A DNA stretch of 64,000 nt from Perna viridis. Lineage: Eukaryota. Below the pieces are notes generated by a model that worked only from the letters and a program-made list of their open reading frames with translations, did not search any database and had not been told where the DNA came from. Below, in pieces: positions 55,993 through 64,000 of the stretch. The DNA is taken from positions 4,100,525 to 4,164,524 of the forward strand of contig CM074523.1 in assembly GCA_037379345.1 (NCBI GenBank), written 5' to 3'. Made by a program: the position numbers and the translations under genes. Position 1 is the first letter of the stretch, and every line of letters starts with the position of its first letter.

Positions 55993-56617
55993 ACTATTTA
56001 ACTTTCAATTGATAGGTTAGTTAGAGCCAAGGTTATGACCTTTTATCATTACAACAAAACTTCAGCAAATTTTTTTTTTTCTCAAAGGAAATTTCATTTC
56101 TTCCAAAGAATAGAAAAGACCATTCCAATTTTTATCAAACACATTAACTGACACTCTCTAGAAGAAGGACTTTGTAAGGTAAACCAGAGCAAAGGTTTCA
56201 TTTGTCTTGATTGATTGACTGATCATAGGTTTAACATCCAAATGTCAGGTATTTCATGCATGTCTGTTTGAAGAGGATTAACCAATCAAACATTCCCTGC
56301 TTTGCACTAGACTATCTGGAACAGGGTTTTGAGGTCATTTACTCAATTTGTACTTGATATTTGTGATATCTGCAGCAAAAAAGCATTTATACAAGTGTTT
56401 ACATTAATCAATATAAAATATTAAAGTGTTATAAAAAACTGCTTGGCCTTAGAGTTAAACTCACATTAATGCCTTCTTAACTTATAATCTCAAGTCAATG
56501 GTAATTCCTACACCCTCTAGGTACAGGTCTCTGGTCTTAATCCAAAGCCTATTATTGTAATGCACTGAGTTAAGAAATCTTACAACCAGCGTGTACAAAA
56601 TTAACCTTTTATCTTAC

Positions 56618-56620
56618 CAT
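56618..56620 (-). CDS. Weak candidate first exon ending in the start codon (M), phase 0
   Basis: aactcATG|gtaaga. Confidence 0.2.
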
Positions 56621-56798
56621 GAGTTCAATTGATCAGTTTATAATCTCCAATGCCTTTACCTTCATCGGACAAATGGATAAGTTTTTGTAGTTATATACAC
56701 TTTAATGTTATAATATTACAAAACTGGGTATTCAAGTATTTGGTGCCAAACCCTCATAGTTTCATATATATAAAGAAGGTTTTACATAGACTTTTAGA

Positions 56799-57830
56799 AC
56801 TTACACAGACACAACATCTACATGCATCACTTACTTCTCCTGGCTTACGCGGACTCGACATCTACATGCATCCCTTACTTCTCCTGGCTTCCACAGACTC
56901 AACACCTACATGCATCCCTTACTTCTCCTGGCTTACACAGACTCAACATCTACATGCATCCCTTACTTCTCCTGGCTTACAGACTTGACACCTACATGCA
57001 TCCCTTACTTCTCCTGGCTTACAGACTTGACATATACATGCATCCCTTACTTCTGGCTTACTCAGACTTGACATCTACATGCATCCCTTACTTCTCCTGG
57101 CTTACTCAGACTTGACACCTACATGTATCCCTTACTTCTCCTGGCTTACAGACTTGACATCTACATGCATCCCTTACTTCTCCTGGCTTACTCAGACTTG
57201 ACACCTACATGCATCCCTTACTTCTCCTGGCTTACTCAGACTTGACACCTACATGCATCCCTTACTTCTCCTGGCTTACAGACTTGACATATACATGCAT
57301 CCCTTACTTCTCCTGGCTTACAGACTTGACATATACATGCATCCCTTACTTCTCCTGGCTTACTCAGACTTGACATCTACATGCATCCCTTACTTCTCCT
57401 GGCTTCCACAGACTCAACACCTACATGCATCCCTTACTTCTCCTGGCTTACTCAGACTTGACACCTACATGCATCCCTTACTTCTCCTGGCTTACAGACT
57501 TGACATATACATGCATCCCTTACTTCTCCTGGCTTACTCAGACTTGACAATCTACATGCATCCCTTACTTCTCCTGGCTTACTCAGACTTGACATCTACA
57601 TGCATCCCTTACTTCTCCTGGCTTACTCAGACTTGACATATACATGCATCCCTTACTTCTCCTGGCTTACTCAGACTTGACACCTACATGCATCCCTTAC
57701 TTATCCTGGCTTACAGACTTGACATATACATGCATCCCTTACTTCTCCTGGCTTACAGACTCGACACCTACATGCATCCCTTACTTCTCCTGGCTTACAC
57801 AGACTTGACACCTACACACATCCCTTACTT
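56799..57830. repeat. 43/45-bp minisatellite, ~23 copies
   Basis: ctacatgcatcccttacttctcctggcttac(tc)agacttgaca. Confidence 0.98.
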
Positions 57831-58109
57831 CAACCTGTATATAAAGACCACCTGTTTTATGTAACCATGAATTTGATCTCCACTGGATGGTCATTTAAGA
57901 CAGGTTAGAATGTAGTTTTGCTGATATCATTTTATGAGAATTCTAATGCTGAAACTGTAAAATATCAGAAGAATATGAAGTAATGTAAAACTATTTTTGT
58001 GTGTAACAACTTTTCGGGTTGATCAAAATCTTCTAATTTTGCCAGTTCTTAATTTTGAAAGTTTCATTAAACCATAAGTTTCCAATTAAAATTGATCATT
58101 TGTTTGGAC

Positions 58110-58470
58110 TGTACACTGAAAAAATACAATTGGTATCCCATGGACAATAGTCAGGTGCACCAAGAGCGCATCCCCACCTAAAATGTACATTGGAAAGTAC
58201 AACTGGTACCCCATGGACAATAGTCTGCTGCACCCAGAGGGCATTTCCACCTAAATGTACATTGAAAAGTACAACTGGTACCTCATGGACAATAGTCAGG
58301 TGCACCCAGAGCACACACCCACCTAAAATGTACACTGAAAAGTACAACTGGTGCCCCATGGACAATAGTCATGTGCACCCAGAGTGCATTCCCACATAAA
58401 TGTACATTGGAAAGTACACCTAGTACCCTATGGACAATAGTCAGGTGCACCCAGAGTGCACCCCACTTAA
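58110..58470. repeat. ~73-bp minisatellite, 5 copies
   Basis: atggacaatagtc near 58140, 58213, 58285, 58358, 58430. Confidence 0.93.
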
Positions 58471-60403
58471 AATAAGAATTTAGAAACTTTTTTTGGAAGA
58501 AATCTTAATTTCTTATAATCTTAAATAAATGGTAATTCCTACTACACCCTCTAGTGACAGATGCCATACTAATGCTACCCCCAAAAAATGTTCTTAATTT
58601 ACTTCGTTTGGCATTTAATTCTATTTATGCCCCCACCCCCCCAACATGAAATCCTGCATCCCCCCTTTTGATACCTCTACAGTACCTAATATTTCAATTA
58701 TGATGTATAGTAACGATTAGCAAAAATCATGAAAAGTAGTAACAAACACGAAGAGAAAACAATTTATGTAATTCTTTGAGGTCAAATAAAAAATATCATA
58801 ACCTTCTTAAATGATAATGGAAATGTTTATGACATAAATTATTTATGAATCAACAGGCAAAAGATCACTTTTACTTCAAAAAAGACCTTAATGTAAAATT
58901 CTTTTCATTCTCCAAAACAAAATTACAATCTTTGATATTGAAATCACATCAAAACTTCGTTTCAGTGTCAAACCACAAGACAAGATAGATTAATCCTTCC
59001 TATTCACTTATTTCCTCTTTGTGACAATCAGTTGTATGCTTAAAGGATTAACGTATTTTTGAGAGAAGACAAAATAATAAATACTCAAATCCTGTAAAAT
59101 CTGTGTCAATAAAGAGCATTTATCAATGGACTGCCGTAACATTTCCGTTAAATACAAAATGATAGTAGAATAGGAAACATTGCTGTAATGTGTAATAGTA
59201 TCTTAAACTGTTACTGTTATCCTCATTTTTCAGACCATCTCAAGTAGAAGTCCTTCACTTACAAATAATGTATAGAAAGAACTTGTCTGTAAAAGTTCAT
59301 TCTAGATTTTCATGCCTGCCCTCAACATTGTATGGCTAAAGCACTATTAAATTCTAGATTGATTCCCCATTAATTCAATGTAAAATGTTTTTGAAAATTA
59401 AAATAATTTCCCTACCTTCTTATCCCATTTTTTTCCTTGCTGGTAGCAGGAAACAAGACTATTATAATTTTGGTCTAAGAGAACTGACAAAAGTCAAATA
59501 TAATCCTCTATTTATTACCACCAATAGAAGCATAGAAATCTATTAAAAAAAGTGTAACTAACTTATGGACGGACAATATAGCAATATGATTGCAATATAG
59601 CCCCAACTCATTAGTGGGGGTATAACATTCAAAAATAAGTGTACTGTTTATAGAGCATATTGTCGTTCAATTAATTTCTAAAAGAACCAATATTAAGCTA
59701 AGATTACATACAGCTCTCTTTCAGTAGGCATTTTGCTGACATCAGGAATAAGGTGGAATTATTTTTTAGCTCATAAAGAACTCATTTAATATGAATTGCA
59801 ATTTGACACCTAATTAGTCAATTGAGATATTGAAGCAGACCAAAATTTGCAACTGCAGACAAATCTTAACTGCCAAAGATGTAAACACAAGGAAAAATAA
59901 CAAATTCATTTTATATGGCAACTTAACACCTAATTTGTCAAATCAAGTATTGAAATGATACGAGTTATTGGCACCTTTACAAATACACCATCCTATATTG
60001 CGTATTAAATCAACACCTTCCGACACTTTTCACGTCATTGTATTTTTTTGAAGTTGAAATCAAATGATAATTAATGCAAATTACTGAGTAAATATTACAT
60101 GACAAGCAAAATGTTATTTATGTAAGTTTTGGTATTTAGACAGATCTTTTCATAATCATTGATGGGTTGAGTTTGTCAAATTGTTACTCTACATTTGGGT
60201 ATCATTAAACTTGTGTCTTCAAAAATACTTATGAGATTTGCTCATTGTATATTTGTGCTTGTTTTGATCAAAGCTCTGTGAATATGTGATCAATTTTAAG
60301 TAACTAATTTTAAAAACATATCTGAAATCATTTGTCTTCCCCTTTCCCATCCCTTAACTCATATCCCCCACTCTCTCATTTATAAACCCCTTATTGATCA
60401 GTA

Positions 60404-60432
60404 ACTTACCTGAAAAAGATAAAAAAAGGAAG
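60404..60432 (-). other. Juxtaposed acceptor/donor (recursive-splice-site-like)
   Basis: Minus strand cttcctttttttatctttttcag|gtaagt, junction at 60410/60409. Confidence 0.5.
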
Positions 60433-61082
60433 TTTCCACTTTCAAAGCTTAATTTCTGTTAAAACATGCAGGCTTCAGCATTACAAGGCAAATTTTTAAC
60501 AAACACAGCACAATGCTGCACTATTTACCATCTAATAGAACTAATTTACAATAGAAATCTCCCATGGAATGATCAAGTATTCCAATAATGTTTACAGGAC
60601 CATATATCTGCAAACTCTATGTTTTCCTTTGTAAAAAATATACTTTCAAGTCGGACAAAACATCATGTTGACCAAAGACATTAAAGATTGAAAAACCAAC
60701 AGGACTCAGGAATTATAACACTACATTGTAATTTAAAAAGTAATGACACGCTTCAAAAAGAACAACTGATTTGGACATCTACATGTGATTTGAGAAAGTG
60801 ATGGGGTGGGCATGAGAATACAAGTAATGTCATGTAATATACATAATTCCTACTGACACGCTTCTATATCTTCCATCAATCACAACTATCGTAATGATTG
60901 TATTCATGAAAGAGCTAAGTCACAGAAAATAAACAACCAGAGTATAGATATTTAATACAAGTCAATTCTTAGATTCTGGCAAAATGAGAAAAATCTGAAA
61001 CATGCCATAAAAAACCTAAGGATCTGATAATATACTTTCATTCTGAAACATGCTATAAAAAAACCTAAGGATCTGATAATAT

Positions 61083-61619
61083 TAGATTATTTACTATTTT
61101 TTCAACGAGATGAGCATGAGAAAATCCCGTGAGTTGAAAAAATATTTAATTACTGTTTTGCTGAATTGTAAGGCATTAGTTTTCTTTTATTTTTAATAGT
61201 CCTGACCTAAATATGTAAGTTTTATAAGCGCTGCAAAATTTCCTTTCGGGACTATTTTTCGGCAATGTGACATCACATGTTGTGCAGTTATGATCCATAT
61301 TATTTGAAAAAAAATCGGTTCACTATGACAGTCGCGTTTAAAATTTGTGGAATAATTTTGGAATTTATTCATTCTAATCGGGTAAGTTACTGTATTTAAT
61401 CATTTTCCATTGTAGACTAGAAAATATTGCCACAAATTAGCCATTATTTCATACGCAGTAAACAAACAGATGGTTATTTGGGTCATCAAATATTCCTATG
61501 CTGTTGCTTGTATGTCACGCAAGGACATAGAAACTAGCGATAATTTTCATTCTCACTTGACTGGCGTGAGATTGAAAATTATTGTATAGCAAGATCAAAG
61601 GGATTCTAAACAAAATAGC
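61083..61619. mobile_element. ~540-bp CpG-rich insertion within a 49-bp tandem duplication
   Basis: GATAATAT duplicated at 61075-61082 and 61620-61627. The uninterrupted paralogous site is at 61021-61043. Confidence 0.75.
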
Positions 61620-61699
61620 GATAATATACTTTCATTCATGGAAATTGTTTCTATTTAATTTCTGCATAACTTGATATGGTCAGAAATTTATTATTTCAA

Positions 61700-61892
61700 T
61701 GTTTGAAAATTGAGGTTTTTGACAGTTATCTGCCTTTAAAATGTTCATTTGCTGTGTATCTCAATAAAAATATAACTAAAATAACCAAACTGAGATGGAA
61801 AATACTGTCTTAATTTGTTGATTCTGATGGTGAAGATAGTAAAATTACATTAATGGCTCATTTGATACCATGTTTCATCCTCTGCCTGATAC
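61700..61892 (+). mobile_element. Fragment of the 16480-16862 MITE family
   Basis: tttttgacagttatctgcc...aaatgttcattt...ttgattctga...tacca.gtttca.cc.ctgcctgat is shared with 16660-16845. Confidence 0.7.
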
Positions 61893-63452
61893 TTTCAAAT
61901 ACTTGTACTTAATTCTAAAAATGAATATTAGTGAAGTATCGCGCTATTCATATTTGAAGTATAAATGTTTAATGGTGAAGTGTTCTAACAAACAAACTTA
62001 AAATCAGAACAAATAATGGGTCGAGACCGGATCAATTTCTTAATGAATAGACAGCCATGCCACTGGCGCCAAGTTGTTCCACAGTTAAGCTGTTAACTCG
62101 ACACCCTAACATCAAGAAAAACTATGATAAGTCTTATGTTGTTCTATACATCAAAAAAAGGAATTGGTATATCTGTATTAATAAAAAAAAACATGAGATG
62201 GTTGTAATTAACCTAATTAAAATTAAATTAAAAAAGAATGGCATTAAGTTGCAATAATAAATATGTGCAATAACTGATTTTAGTATTAGCACAGGGAAAC
62301 CTGTCAAATCCAAACCTTAGAAAATTGCAAATTTTGTCACATGACACAGGATTAGTGGAAATAGCAGAAATAAACTAATACTAATTTAGAGCCCACAAAA
62401 AAGTGTCTGCTTATAAAGAGGTCTGGAGTACTCATAATCCATGAAGAAGGTGCATAAACAAAAACGTGAAATTTGCTTTTTTATACAAAATTTGTTTATT
62501 TGTCAGTGGCCATTTTCATAAAAATCTCAAAATGAGAATTTCCTCATATTCTTCCTTTACTTAAGTATAGACCAATCAAATTACTTGAAATTGAAGATAT
62601 TTTATTAAACTTAAAGATTTGAGGAAAATCTCAATATGAAATATGCTACATGTTATTAAACTTGGCTGTAAAACTCTATTGCATGATATATCACTTTCCC
62701 ATTTGACCATAGAAATAAACCAGCAATGATAAACTATCATTGATAACAGAAAATGTAAATTTTAGAGCCTGCTCTATTTCAGCCCTTAAATTTTGAAATA
62801 TAAGCACTGGTTCTACTGTTATATACTACATGTATATCATAATCCTGTCTCTGTTATATTGTTTGACAAGCAGGAAGAGCAAGGTCAAAAGTTCAAATAT
62901 TATAATTTACAAATTAGTCTACATTGGTATGGAAATGGTCCTATTAATCATGGAGACAGTTCATAATATATAGCAATATAAAGAAAGGCTACCAGAGTCA
63001 ACTTGATAAATTGCATCATAGCAGCTGAATGCTCATGAATTAAAACTTAAAATACCCATGAAATCTTCCTCAGCTAGACCATGGCAAAGGAAGACAGACC
63101 ATGGCTATGGCTTAAAGTTCTATAGTTTTTTTTCACAAATCAACTGAAACTGCAGTCATAGAACACAGTTATTCGTCTATATTTCTTCTTTTTAATGTAA
63201 CCTGCAGTCCACCAACTATTTGAGAACTAAAATAACTTAAAACACCAAACCATTACCAAGCAGAAACATAAAGTCTTTGACGGATTTAATACTGTATGCT
63301 TACGGCAAATTAAAATAGATTGATATATAGAAGACCTTTTTTGAACTATTATTTTCATCTCGCCTATTTCTTTAAAACCCATATCATAAAGGAGGTTATA
63401 GTGTCAAATCTTTCTAGCCACAAGATATCAAATTATAACCTTTAGCCCTCAC

Positions 63453-63470
63453 CACAAAATAAACAATCAT
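63453..63470 (-). CDS. Candidate alternative first coding exon end: MIVYFV, phase 0
   Basis: acataATGATTGTTTATTTTGTG|gtgagg. A few CpGs just upstream (63500-63610). Confidence 0.35.
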
Positions 63471-64000
63471 TATGTTATAACAGAAAAAGATCATTAAAAT
63501 CCGACCTGGCCAATTCAACAGTTCGTTCATCACTTTTCATTTTTATTGGGCTATAATAATAATACTGTCTTGATATGTTTTATAATTCTAATCAAAATGC
63601 TGAGTCGGCACAAAAGATGTCATTCAGCATGCATTGATGGAGCTGTGATCACAAGGCATGGGTTTCTATACACCATGAAAGAGGCACATTTAAGTCATTG
63701 ATTACTGAAACAATTTACAGATACAGACTTTCCAAATTTTAATTGGTGAGGGTTTTCTGTTCCAATAAAAACAAACATTTTAACTATCCTTCACTAAAAA
63801 AATATTTCAACAGTGACATATTTCTTTCTACTTTGTGCTACTTGATCAATGTACAAAACTGTCTATAGAAACAACTTTAACTCTAGAATTATAATATTTT
63901 CAACAATTTTACTTGTGATATAAAAACTATCTGAACTGTTAAATGAGTTCAGTACCCTACCAAATTTGCCTAGCTACTGAAAATCTTGATCCATTGATAA

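Noticed and set aside
54348-58399. Repetitive ORFs over the 42-, 32-, 43/45- and 73-bp arrays (also 29014-29701 and 47199-47495)
   Set aside because: Minisatellite artefacts.
1-64000. tRNA, rRNA, intact transposase or reverse transcriptase genes, prokaryotic or viral insert
   Set aside because: None recognisable, and no long gene-dense or compositionally foreign segment was seen.

Overview
AT-rich, CpG-depleted eukaryotic DNA, not prokaryotic. The repeat landscape (tandem-repeat-carrying HINE/Helentron-like elements, (TCAA)n-tailed SINE ends, TA- and TTAA-flanked MITEs) suggests a bivalve mollusc, probably mussel-like; this is inference from recalled repeat shapes, not a search. There are no long genuine ORFs, and most ORF-track entries are read-throughs of minisatellites. 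The window looks like the 5' part of one large minus-strand gene. It has a clean 102-nt phase-0 internal exon at 9089-9190 (ERRLMSKRRREAKRVLFTNCHSETSSSESSLEYE). Spread over the ~54 kb upstream are 8-9 candidate alternative first exons, each ATG + 0-18 codons + a strong phase-0 donor that would join that exon in frame. There is also a near-perfect recursive-splice-like YnCAG|GTAAGT site at 60409/60410. The rest is intron filled with about 18 minisatellites and many small DNA transposon and retroposon relics, some nested or with visible target-site duplications. I could not identify the gene.
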